59,172 bases of DNA, from the NCBI GenBank assembly GCA_023246095.1, contig JAHFJA010000005.1:1-59172 (forward strand), in the 5' to 3' direction. Positions 37,231 through 46,567 of the stretch are shown one piece after another. This DNA comes from a bacterium. Its GTDB lineage: Bacteria; Patescibacteriota; Patescibacteriia; JACQRZ01. The first letter of the stretch is position 1. Each line of letters opens with the position of its first letter. The notes beneath the pieces were generated by a model. That model was given only the letters and a program-made list of their open reading frames with translations. It had not been told where the DNA came from and did not search any database. Made by a program: the position numbers and the translations under genes.

Positions 37231-37265
37231 ACTTTAGCACGAATTATATGAAGGAATCATGAAGA
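37231..37265 (-). promoter_or_regulatory. OmpR-type tandem box plus extended -10 for the MacAB-like operon
   Basis: Minus strand TCTTCAT-gatt-CCTTCAT, 11 nt, TAAAGT (TGcTAAAGT). Confidence 0.75.
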
Positions 37266-37295
37266 GTATAACTCCTTACTTTTCACATTATATTT

Positions 37296-40007
37296 CTAAT
37301 TTTGGGTCCCCCAACGCTGGTCTGCTGCCACTAAAATCTCCGCAACGTCCTTCATTGTTGCTTGTTTCTTGAAATTGGATGCACTGACCTCTGCACCAAT
37401 TTGACCTAGATATTGTGTCGTTTTCGCTGCATTATTCAAGTCAACTGAAGGCTTTACTTTGTAAGCTCCCATAATCACCTTCGTAGCATCCTGAATAGTA
37501 ACTGTCCCCTTCCCTCCTGTCACAGAGTTTTTGTCGATCGTCTTGTTAATAAGACTCGCAAGTGCATTTTTATCAATCTTTTGATCGAGATTAATATTGC
37601 CATTCTTGTCAGGCGTTACTGCACCACCCTGTCGAAGGTACTGCATTTCTTGAAATAACGGATTATTGTCATCAATGTTTTTAGCTGGAATAAGCTTATC
37701 CTTAAACTTTTCGGTATTTGATGAACCAATACTCTTGGAAACCTGATCCTTTAATGCTTGGACATACCCGTTAACCGCTTGCTGATCCTTTAACTCTCCC
37801 GACTGAACTTTATCATTGAAATCTGCTAATTTCTGTTCGAGACCAGGAGCAATGTCAGCAGCGAATGTATAGTTCTTTATTTGCCCCGAAAGAGTCTGCA
37901 TTGTTTGTATAGTATCTTTATTCACCCCCTTAAGCGACTTCATGGTAGCGATACTCTTGTCAGCGTTCTTTGATTCATCCAAAAGACCTATTTTCCCCTC
38001 GAGAATCGCTGTTCTATCTTCTTCTGGAACGAGAGGTACAATGTCATTTATTATCCCGTCAATAAGTTTTTTATCACTCGTCCTATAAGCGAGTACCTTG
38101 TCCATAAGATCGGGGCTCAATGAGCCTAATGTAGCATTGATATCAAAGCCATTTTCGTTACTATTCACGATACCTTTTGTCTTTGCAGCTGAATCAGTAC
38201 TCAAATTAGGAAGATCTGTTGAGTTATTGGCCATCTGCACTATTTTCAAAACCGCATTATTTTGATCATTTGTTATTTTAACTCCTGAATCTTTCAATAC
38301 ATTGACCAGCTTGGACAGCGCCAATACTGCGTCATCAAGAACATAACCACCCTTAAACGGATCGCCCCCATCGTAGAGAGCTTGCGATTCTTTTAATTTT
38401 TGATTCGCCTGTGCTAACAAATCTTTTGCCCCGCCGACATTTCCTCCGCGCTTGGAAAGCTCTGGAATAGCACTTTCCAGACTTGCAATCGCCGCCCGAA
38501 CAGCGCCAAGCCCTTGTGCAAGCAGCTCACCACGCGTCTTCATAGCTACCGATCGAATAGCCGCATCTACTTTTTCACGAGTGTTAAGACTTTTGGCTTG
38601 ACTCATGTAAGTAAGAAACGTATCCGTGTCACCCGCATTCAATGCCACTTCCGCTTTGTTCACCAATCCATCCAATTGCACCGCTAGAGCTTCCAAATCG
38701 GTCGTATTAACCCCATACTCGAGCGCTCTTCCAATACTCAAATGCAATGCTTTAGCACCATCCTTGCCTTGCTGTAAAATCTCTTGTAGACGAGCTGTTG
38801 GATATGCCTGATCTCGAAATGCTAAAAAGGTTTGTTCTGGATTTAAATTACGAATTTCTTGTATTTTCTGCGTTGCAGTAACATTATCACCATCATCAAA
38901 CGCTTTTTTAGCTGTTGTGTATAATGTCTTCAGCTTCCCATCCAAATCCAAAATATTTTGCGGTATATCGGTACCTGCACTTTTTGCTTTCTCAAGACCA
39001 CTTCCCGCACGGTCTATACCGGCCGAAATCTGATCCAATATTGTTGAAATTTTAGACGTTGGGATTGATTTACCACTGACAAGATCCGCCTGTGCAGTAC
39101 CATCGCCATAATCTTTTCTCATTTTTTTTAATAACGCCGCAGCCTCCTTTTTTTTTCCTGCTTTTACCAACCCTTCTGCGTCGTCCAAAAACTTCTGTTG
39201 CGTCAAAATATCACCTTGAATCTGCATTACCTCGTCAGCCGGTGCATTTTTTAACGCTGAATTCAATGCACTGGTTAATTTACCTCGAATATCCTTTATG
39301 AGATCCAATGAAATGCCTTGCGAATCAGCAAATGCGGCATATTTTTGATCGAAACCAACCGCCTGAAGTTCTTGCAATTTTGTCCCTGCACCGGCATAAT
39401 CCTTTGCTTCAAATAAATGTACTGCTGCATCATAAATAGGACGAGCCGCCTTTACGCTCTTTTCCATTGCAGGATCAACAGTAATCATCCCATCTTTCAT
39501 CTCTGTAATACCCTCTTCAGCCTGAGAAAGTCCCTGTTTAATTTGTTCTAGCGCATTTGCCAACTTACCAATTCCCGGATCAGCACCTGCTCCCCCCACA
39601 GGAACCCCCATAAATTCTGGCATCGCCCCACCAGAAACACCCTGGGGAACAGCACCATATTTGCTAAAATCCATTTTTGAAGCGTCAAAGCCGGTGGGTA
39701 CTCCTGCGGGGATCTCACCTGAAAATCCAGTAGGGGCAGTATTCGTTGGAATACTTCCATTTGGATAACTGCCCAAAGTCTCAGGTGGAACTGTAGTTCC
39801 TACAGGAGCTGCGACTGCACCTCCCATCGCACCCGCTGCAGAGGCGGCTGCGGCGGCTTGAGCCGCTTGGCATTTTGCCAACATAGCGTCCGTTGGTTGC
39901 GAGGTAAATTGGCACTCTGGAACGTCAGCATGGGCAAAACCACCCTGCATCACAATCATTGTGATTGCCATAAACACCGCCACACTCTTTGGGATTCTTT
40001 TATTCAT
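37296..40007 (-). CDS. Large secreted helical-repeat surface protein with SLH-like C-terminus
   Basis: Signal peptide ending FAHA; repeated helical units; C-terminal IDDNNPLFQEMQYLRQGGAVTPDKNGNINLDQKIDKNALASLI resembles S-layer homology. Confidence 0.55.
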   Translation of the reverse strand: MNKRIPKSVAVFMAITMIVMQGGFAHADVPECQFTSQPTDAMLAKCQAAQAAAAASAAGAMGGAVAAPVGTTVPPETLGSYPNGSIPTNTAPTGFSGEIPAGVPTGFDASKMDFSKYGAVPQGVSGGAMPEFMGVPVGGAGADPGIGKLANALEQIKQGLSQAEEGITEMKDGMITVDPAMEKSVKAARPIYDAAVHLFEAKDYAGAGTKLQELQAVGFDQKYAAFADSQGISLDLIKDIRGKLTSALNSALKNAPADEVMQIQGDILTQQKFLDDAEGLVKAGKKKEAAALLKKMRKDYGDGTAQADLVSGKSIPTSKISTILDQISAGIDRAGSGLEKAKSAGTDIPQNILDLDGKLKTLYTTAKKAFDDGDNVTATQKIQEIRNLNPEQTFLAFRDQAYPTARLQEILQQGKDGAKALHLSIGRALEYGVNTTDLEALAVQLDGLVNKAEVALNAGDTDTFLTYMSQAKSLNTREKVDAAIRSVAMKTRGELLAQGLGAVRAAIASLESAIPELSKRGGNVGGAKDLLAQANQKLKESQALYDGGDPFKGGYVLDDAVLALSKLVNVLKDSGVKITNDQNNAVLKIVQMANNSTDLPNLSTDSAAKTKGIVNSNENGFDINATLGSLSPDLMDKVLAYRTSDKKLIDGIINDIVPLVPEEDRTAILEGKIGLLDESKNADKSIATMKSLKGVNKDTIQTMQTLSGQIKNYTFAADIAPGLEQKLADFNDKVQSGELKDQQAVNGYVQALKDQVSKSIGSSNTEKFKDKLIPAKNIDDNNPLFQEMQYLRQGGAVTPDKNGNINLDQKIDKNALASLINKTIDKNSVTGGKGTVTIQDATKVIMGAYKVKPSVDLNNAAKTTQYLGQIGAEVSASNFKKQATMKDVAEILVAADQRWGTQN

Positions 40008-40065
40008 ACTACATGAAGAGGTATGAGTTAATATAAATACACGTAAACTATCTAATATCAGTGTA

Positions 40066-40620
40066 TCACAAAATCTCCTCTTTTTTTAAAAGCGCCACTC
40101 CCCCGGCTAACCGATATAACCTATTCACAGATATCCTTCTCACGACCTCAAACACCCCAAACAGCGAAGCTGCATAAACGACATCCCCCACTACCATATT
40201 ACGAAAAAATGGTAATCCAAGCTCATATGCATACAAAAGTCCTCCGATATTTTTCGCATACCACGGCGAACATAACCAAACAGTAAAGTTAGTAACAATA
40301 AAAAAAATAACGGAGGAACCCACAAGTACAAAACTTGTAGGAACCAGCCCTGGGTACTTTTTTGTAAAAGCACTCAACAAACCGATCAAGACGAAAGAAA
40401 TATACACACTGACTAATATCTTCCAATTATAAAAACCAATAATTGCGTCCGAGAAAATCATTGCAATTATGGGTATCGCAACCGCCCACATGCGTCCGAT
40501 ATGCTTGCTACCCATGAGCGAAATAGCGCTGATGGGAGTTGCATTGGGGACGTGAGGAACCAAACGCCCAACAATACCAATTCCCACTAGACTGATAGTG
40601 GCGAAAATCTTTTTATACAT
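40066..40620 (-). CDS. DUF6580/BtuM-like ECF-type S-component (putative cobalamin transporter)
   Basis: RLVPHVPNATPI, SDAIIGFY, SSVIFFIVTNF.VW, PFFRN..GD..Y motifs; about 6 TM; B12 gene context. Confidence 0.75.
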   Translation of the reverse strand: MYKKIFATISLVGIGIVGRLVPHVPNATPISAISLMGSKHIGRMWAVAIPIIAMIFSDAIIGFYNWKILVSVYISFVLIGLLSAFTKKYPGLVPTSFVLVGSSVIFFIVTNFTVWLCSPWYAKNIGGLLYAYELGLPFFRNMVVGDVVYAASLFGVFEVVRRISVNRLYRLAGGVALLKKEEIL

Positions 40621-40624
40621 AGAT

Positions 40625-41110
40625 CTACTGCTGTGAAGCTCCAAACAACCACTCGATTCTATCGCCCGATTTTAATTTATATGCATCGGCTCCCACTTGT
40701 GGCATCACCCCATTAACTTTGTACTGCCAATATTTTTGATCAGTTCCATTTTTCTTTCCATACATGCCGTCAACTAACGTGCCCAACCCTGCATATTCTT
40801 TCGTTGAAAGTGCAAGTTGAGGATCTTGTACATTGAGTGTTTGCAATACTTGTAGTCCTGTTTCGTCCAAAGAAATCGTTATCTGTTTGTTTTGGTACAA
40901 CCCTTCAATGGTGAGGGTGACTTCGTTTGTTTTCACTGGTTCCACAACAGGCTGAGGAGCCTGATTATTCCCCTGTATAACGACCTGATTGGCGGGAATC
41001 GACGGCGATTGCCTATTAATGTAATAATAACCTCCCACAACCACAATAATAACAAATAGGGCTATACCGACTACCGGGTTCTGATTGTGTCGTTTAAATT
41101 TTATCTCCAT
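40625..41110 (-). CDS. DUF4430 protein (transcobalamin beta-domain-like B12 binder), membrane-anchored
   Basis: N-terminal TM; GLGTLVDGMYG...YWQYKVNGVMPQVGADAYKLKSGDRIEW. Confidence 0.85.
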   Translation of the reverse strand: MEIKFKRHNQNPVVGIALFVIIVVVGGYYYINRQSPSIPANQVVIQGNNQAPQPVVEPVKTNEVTLTIEGLYQNKQITISLDETGLQVLQTLNVQDPQLALSTKEYAGLGTLVDGMYGKKNGTDQKYWQYKVNGVMPQVGADAYKLKSGDRIEWLFGASQQ

Positions 41111-41122
41111 ATCATAATGAAA

Positions 41123-41659
41123 TTAATAAAGGGGCGACAATTCTTTAGTCTCTTGTTGTGTGGCAGTATATCTGGCGAGTACGTACAGTAAGCTTGAAAG
41201 ACGATTGATGTAAGCACGCATACTACCAGAAATCTCCACATTATTTTGCGATCCCACAAGCACACGCTCTACCCGACGACACACAGCCCGTGCAAAATCA
41301 AACAAGCCCGAAAGTTCTGTCGCCCCGGGAATAATGAATGCCTTCGGGTCTTCTATCAATGCTTCGATTGTCGATATAGCGTGTTCCAATTCTTCAATGT
41401 GATTCTGGGTAATCGTTTTTTTGGCACCGGCAATTTCAGCTTGCATGATAAACAAACACTGTTGAACATTCACTAACTCAACAGCAATATCGACATCTTT
41501 ATATATTGTTTTCAAAGCACAGCCACGACAGTAGCCAAGAAGAGAGTTTATTTCATCAAGGGCTCCCAAAACATCGTAGACGGGGCTATCTTTCGATAGC
41601 CGTTCTGCGGTTCCAAAGAGCCCTGACGTACCGTTGTCTCCCGTACGTGTATATAGCAT
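41123..41659 (-). CDS. pduO: ATP:cob(I)alamin adenosyltransferase, PduO type
   Basis: LYTRTGDNGTSGL, GALDEINS, ARAVCRRVER, YINRLSSLLYVLAR. Confidence 0.95.
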   Translation of the reverse strand: MLYTRTGDNGTSGLFGTAERLSKDSPVYDVLGALDEINSLLGYCRGCALKTIYKDVDIAVELVNVQQCLFIMQAEIAGAKKTITQNHIEELEHAISTIEALIEDPKAFIIPGATELSGLFDFARAVCRRVERVLVGSQNNVEISGSMRAYINRLSSLLYVLARYTATQQETKELSPLY

Positions 41660-41669
41660 CACGACGTCA

Positions 41670-43997
41670 TTAGATTGATTTAACTTGTTCCTGTGGCGCT
41701 ACCATGTCGATATCACAAAGGCCTCCAACACAGGCAAGTTCTTTCTTCTGTTCTGTTTCATCGGTACGCTCGTAAGTCAAAAGCTTTGAGTAATCAACAT
41801 CAGGGAATGCAACCAGCATCTCTTCATATTTCTTCTTATCAATTGTTTCATAAGGGGCAAGCTGGTAGACGTGATCGAAACGTGGCAAAAATGATAGCCC
41901 GCCAACGATATCCCAATTCTTTTGTACCCAATCAACGACGCTGATCCATTCATCTTCACTTACTGAGATGGTCGCTGATGGATTATGTTCTGTGAAATTC
42001 AATTTTATCACTTTCCAATATTCGAGTTGTTCGAGAGCCGAAAAATCGTCTTTAAATGCGGAACTATCAGGAGATTCGACAGGAAATTCAAGTACGTACG
42101 TACTCGCCGTTTCAACATTTTGACCAACTTCTGGATAACAAGGCACCCCTTGACTACGGAGCATTTTAAATAACGAGTCAGTAGCTGAAATGCGGACGCG
42201 GCGGATATAGTATTTGGAGTGACGGGGATGAATACCTGACGAACAATTAAACGTCTGTGAAACGGTACCAGACGGTTTTACCGCAGTGACTGCCATTGAG
42301 GCTTGAATACCAAAGCGCTGTGAGAAATCGGCATTTGTTTTAACTGCGACATCGCGCATTTCACGTAGTGTCTCCGGCTGGCGTGATGCTTTGCTGTCCC
42401 ACTGACCAGTAATAGACACCCCCAACAATGACTCCTCAAGACAATGTTTCGTCCAATCCTTTGATATATAGTTAAACTTGGTCAAAGTGGCCTGGTATGT
42501 ACCCAAGATACTCGCCAAATGTGCTTTGCGAACTAATGTTTCATGGGTATCATGTGCGCGTGCGATAACCTCTGAAAGGTTACAAAACTGCTTTGACTGC
42601 AAGATAATCTCCCCGCAAGGATTAGTCCCGACGGGACCTTGAACGACACCGTCTTCACCAATAAAACCGACAGTTTTGAAGTAATCAACGCGACGCTTTG
42701 GAATAGTGTTAGCCAACGCACCGCGATTGAATATACCGCGTTCACCTGAACCGCTTCTCATGAGCGCAACCCACTCTTCCATCAATTCCACGTTGGAAGG
42801 TCTCGTTTCATATACCGCAGAGTTGTTTGCAACCGCTCGATACGGTTCGGTCAGATAAAACTGACCTTTCTTCGCATCTCTCAAATCCACGTCATCAAGA
42901 TCAGATAAGCTGATCATTGCAGTACGACGAACACCGCCAGCGACAACACATTCACCGATTTTACAAATGACGTCATGTGCATCAATGGGGCGCAAACGGC
43001 GGCCTTGGCGATGCAATATCTTTTCACGTGCAAATCCTAAAAGCGAACGCAGTGGCTCTGGTCCCGATGCCTTACCCCCCATCACCTTAAGTCGTGCTCC
43101 TGCTGGACGAATCAACGAATAATCAAAGTCAATGTCTTTCCCGTCATACCACGTCTTTATTCCCAAAGTGAGGGCATCACACCAACCTTCTTTTGAATCT
43201 GCGATGACGTGGGTCGCCAATTTCATTTTTGTTTGCTTCTTGATTTGAGGTAGTTCCTCAATGTTTCTGCTTTCAACTGAAAAACCAACACCGCATCCCT
43301 GCATTGAGAGATACATTATTTCGGCAAAGTCCTCTAAACTACTCGGTGCGATGAAAGTACAGTTATACGCGCAGGTGTTACACCGACGCGCCGCTTCACC
43401 GGCGAATTGCATAAGCCGCATCGAAGGCATGATGTCCTGGCGGAGTATGGCCTCTCTCAACTCATAGTATTCCTCGTCTGTGACCTTATTTCCGAGGTTT
43501 TCTTGCATAAACGACATATACCGATCTACGGTCTCAATCCATGTTTCACGCCTGTTTTCTGACGCTATCCAGTGTGCGTAGGTACGTAAATATACAAACT
43601 CACCCAGTTGATTATTTTTAAAATATTTTTTGCTTTCCTGTGCAAGTGTGCGCACATGTTCAGGCACCTCACCTTGCGTTTGGCGCATACGTGTACGTTC
43701 AGCTCGGTAGAGAATATATTCTTTCGCTGTATTAGGAAAATCCTGAAGCATTAATTCCTTCTCCACTTCATCCTGTACACCTTCAACTGTCGGCCTAAAT
43801 GTTGGGTCCACCGTGACCTCAGCAGCTAATGTTTTCATTACTGCTTCGGCAATCGCGTCACCTGCATTTTCACGAAATTCTCCCGATGCTTTCAGCGCTT
43901 TACTTACCGCCAGAGAAATTTTATTAGCGTCAAACGGTGCCATCGAACCATCCCTTTTTATTATTATCTTAAGCGCTGAAACGTTTGCATGGGACAT
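41670..43997 (-). CDS. nrdJ: Class II (AdoCbl-dependent) ribonucleotide reductase with N-terminal ATP cone
   Basis: IIKRDG...FDANKI ATP cone; YNCTF; GGVRRTAMI; TNPCGEI; VKPSGTVS; C-terminal CVGGLC. Confidence 0.95.
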   Translation of the reverse strand: MSHANVSALKIIIKRDGSMAPFDANKISLAVSKALKASGEFRENAGDAIAEAVMKTLAAEVTVDPTFRPTVEGVQDEVEKELMLQDFPNTAKEYILYRAERTRMRQTQGEVPEHVRTLAQESKKYFKNNQLGEFVYLRTYAHWIASENRRETWIETVDRYMSFMQENLGNKVTDEEYYELREAILRQDIMPSMRLMQFAGEAARRCNTCAYNCTFIAPSSLEDFAEIMYLSMQGCGVGFSVESRNIEELPQIKKQTKMKLATHVIADSKEGWCDALTLGIKTWYDGKDIDFDYSLIRPAGARLKVMGGKASGPEPLRSLLGFAREKILHRQGRRLRPIDAHDVICKIGECVVAGGVRRTAMISLSDLDDVDLRDAKKGQFYLTEPYRAVANNSAVYETRPSNVELMEEWVALMRSGSGERGIFNRGALANTIPKRRVDYFKTVGFIGEDGVVQGPVGTNPCGEIILQSKQFCNLSEVIARAHDTHETLVRKAHLASILGTYQATLTKFNYISKDWTKHCLEESLLGVSITGQWDSKASRQPETLREMRDVAVKTNADFSQRFGIQASMAVTAVKPSGTVSQTFNCSSGIHPRHSKYYIRRVRISATDSLFKMLRSQGVPCYPEVGQNVETASTYVLEFPVESPDSSAFKDDFSALEQLEYWKVIKLNFTEHNPSATISVSEDEWISVVDWVQKNWDIVGGLSFLPRFDHVYQLAPYETIDKKKYEEMLVAFPDVDYSKLLTYERTDETEQKKELACVGGLCDIDMVAPQEQVKSI

Positions 43998-44204
43998 ACG
44001 CTAAAAGTAGTTTAATTGCTTAGCACTCTGTCAGGGTATCAGTTTTTTATATGCGTGTCACGACAGGTACTTTCATCATAAATATGAAGTATAATCACAG
44101 AAAAATTACATGTTCGTCATGACATTTTTTTCTACTGTGGATATCTAATTATCCATCAGCCTATTTTAGTTTTACTCTCCCATCAGCCTCATCCCTTAAA
44201 ACGT

Positions 44205-44474
44205 TTATTTACTATGTGCTGTTTTATGTGCCCAATTCAAAAGCGTTACAAAAAGATACCCGGCAATATACCCAACCAATGAAGTAAAAATGATAAGTCC
44301 TATTGTTGATAGCACATTAAACGGACCGACAACGTACGGCGGATTGATCATGTGGAGCATAAATACAAAATCTAACAGTGGCTGTGCAAGACCAAATGCG
44401 ACCAAAAGAGCCCAAAAAAGGTGAAATGCACCCAAAAAAAGACCAAACGCGATACCCACTCGAGTTGGTTTCAT
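44205..44474 (-). CDS. Small two-TM hypothetical protein
   Basis: Hydrophobic 89-aa ORF (HLFWALLV...WAH). Confidence 0.7.
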   Translation of the reverse strand: MKPTRVGIAFGLFLGAFHLFWALLVAFGLAQPLLDFVFMLHMINPPYVVGPFNVLSTIGLIIFTSLVGYIAGYLFVTLLNWAHKTAHSK

Positions 44475-44556
44475 ACAATATCATTTAGCAAATTAGCGAA
44501 ATAATGATGCCAGGCAAAAAAGTTACCTCCCTGAAAAAACAATGTTTCAACTTCTA

Positions 44557-46482
44557 CTAAACGGCTAATGCGGCTAATGCGCCCTCAGCAACCGCTTCGG
44601 TGACTCTTCGCACTTCGCGCGCGTCGCCGACAATCACTACGTTTTTCGTAATGCTCTTAAGCTCTTTTGTAAGCCCATCGGCTGGATATGACCCTAAACA
44701 CAACACAACCGTATCGGCGGGTACAACATGAACACCATGATGACCTTCAACGCTCACTGAGCGTTGGTCAATACTCATAACTTTACTCTCGGTGAGTAAC
44801 GCAACCTTTTTCCTTGAAAGTCGTTCCAAAAGCAAAGCACGATCGTCACTGGGTGCATCAGTAGCAATAGACCCGGTTGCTTCCACGATAGTCACCTTAT
44901 GTCCCTTTTCCACCAGAAATTCGGCCGTTTGAGCCCCCATACATCCTCCTCCGGCAATCACCACCGTTCCTTTTGCTTTTGACCGTCCTGTCAACAAGTC
45001 GCGTGCAACAACAACATTGGTATTTGCAACACCGGGTATATTTGGCCGAGCCACATCAGAACCAACCGCTACAATTACCGTGTGGGGTCGATCCTTTTTG
45101 ATCAGTGCACTTGTCGCTTCCACACCAAGATGAATATCAATATTCAATTTCTGTGCTTCTTGGATAAGATATTTTTTGAATCCGCGCCAATCTTCCCTAT
45201 GGGGTGCTGCGGCAGCGGCATCAAGCTGACCACCAAGTTTTTTTGTTTTCTCATATAATATCACTGAATGTCCTCGGCTTGCCGCCACAATAGCTGCTTG
45301 AAGCCCTGCAGGACCACCCCCAATAACAACAACTCGACGCTTCACGCCTTTCTTTTTTGCAAATAGACGCTCACGACCTGTCTCTGGGTTGACTGTGCAC
45401 CATACATCTTGTTGAGCAAACAAGCGACTAATACAACCTTGATTGCACGCAATACATTTATTTATGGTCTCCAGTGTTCCTTTTTTTACTTTATTCGGCC
45501 AATCAGGATCAGCAAGTAATGTACGCCCGATACCAATATAGTCGGCATCTCCTTTTTTTAAAATACTTTCAGCCATTTGAGGGGTTCGAATTTTTGCAAC
45601 GGTGATGACAGGAATATGCACTGCCTTCTTTATCGCCTTTGCGAATTGAACTATCGGACCATCCGGCATTGCCATAGGTGGAATCATGAAACCCCTCGCA
45701 TAAGAGGCGTAATTCCCCACAGAAATGTGAAGGGCATCTACACCCAACGCTTCAGCAACACGAGCAATCTCTGTTGTATCTGTTATGGAAAGTCCTCCTT
45801 CAACCATTTCATCCCCTGACAACCGCAAGACAACAGGAAAATCTTCACCGACGGCTCTACGGACAGTACTGTATACCTCCTTCATAAATCGCATGCGTTT
45901 TTCAGGGGTTCCACCATACTCATCAGTACGGCGGTTCGAAAATGGCGAGAGGAACTGCGTAATCAAATATCCATGAGCACCATGTACCTCAACAAAATCA
46001 AACCCCGCTTTTTTCGCACGCAAAGCCGCGCGACCGTATGCGTTCACAAGACGTTTAATCTCCGGAATGGTCAGTTCGTGTGGAATTTCATTGACAGTAG
46101 GATCAGGAATTTCAGACGGTGCTACCGGCTGTTTGCCGGTAATCTTTGACGATGTTTGCCGCCCCGCATGATAAAGTTGTATACCTATTTTCGCCCCTTG
46201 AACATGAGCAACCTTGACCAATTTTTTTAGACCCGGAATCACAACGTCACTGTGAATGCCCAATTCATTGACAAAACCCTTTCCTTCCGGAGCAATATAA
46301 CTTGCTTCAAGGATCATCATTCCCACCCCGCCACGGGCCACGCGGTCAATATGATCAACATACCGCTGTGTTACCAAACCTTTCTTATCGGCATAATTAC
46401 GCACCATCGGCGGCATAACCAGTCGATTTTTAAGACGCATCGTCCCTATGCGCCCCCGCTTGAACATATGAGGAAACATCAT
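44557..46482 (-). CDS. NADH:flavin oxidoreductase, OYE/FadH-BaiCD type (FMN, 4Fe-4S, FAD)
   Basis: NRLVMPPM, HGAHGYLITQFLSP, CIACNQGC...C, GGGPAG. Start re-placed to ATG 46482. Confidence 0.92.
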   Translation of the reverse strand: MMFPHMFKRGRIGTMRLKNRLVMPPMVRNYADKKGLVTQRYVDHIDRVARGGVGMMILEASYIAPEGKGFVNELGIHSDVVIPGLKKLVKVAHVQGAKIGIQLYHAGRQTSSKITGKQPVAPSEIPDPTVNEIPHELTIPEIKRLVNAYGRAALRAKKAGFDFVEVHGAHGYLITQFLSPFSNRRTDEYGGTPEKRMRFMKEVYSTVRRAVGEDFPVVLRLSGDEMVEGGLSITDTTEIARVAEALGVDALHISVGNYASYARGFMIPPMAMPDGPIVQFAKAIKKAVHIPVITVAKIRTPQMAESILKKGDADYIGIGRTLLADPDWPNKVKKGTLETINKCIACNQGCISRLFAQQDVWCTVNPETGRERLFAKKKGVKRRVVVIGGGPAGLQAAIVAASRGHSVILYEKTKKLGGQLDAAAAAPHREDWRGFKKYLIQEAQKLNIDIHLGVEATSALIKKDRPHTVIVAVGSDVARPNIPGVANTNVVVARDLLTGRSKAKGTVVIAGGGCMGAQTAEFLVEKGHKVTIVEATGSIATDAPSDDRALLLERLSRKKVALLTESKVMSIDQRSVSVEGHHGVHVVPADTVVLCLGSYPADGLTKELKSITKNVVIVGDAREVRRVTEAVAEGALAALAV

Positions 46483-46567
46483 ATGAATATATATTATGTA
46501 CCCGAAGAGGGTGTAATAAATATCAAAAATTGCAACAAGTAATAAAACAACAACGCCTTCACACCTT

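Noticed and set aside
40012-40020. Single CTCTTCAT half-site before the 903-aa protein
   Set aside because: Only one repeat, immediately before the start codon and without the 11-nt/-10 geometry, so it was not counted in the regulon.
43998-44204. Cobalamin riboswitch upstream of nrdJ
   Set aside because: Expected from context, but the region is AT-rich and I found no B12-box or GGGAA/GCCACUG-type core on the minus strand. An Infernal search would be decisive.
43998-44204. NrdR boxes
   Set aside because: No convincing pair matching acaCwAtATaTwGtg; ATATCCACA at about 44136-44144 is only a single imperfect DnaA-box-like match.
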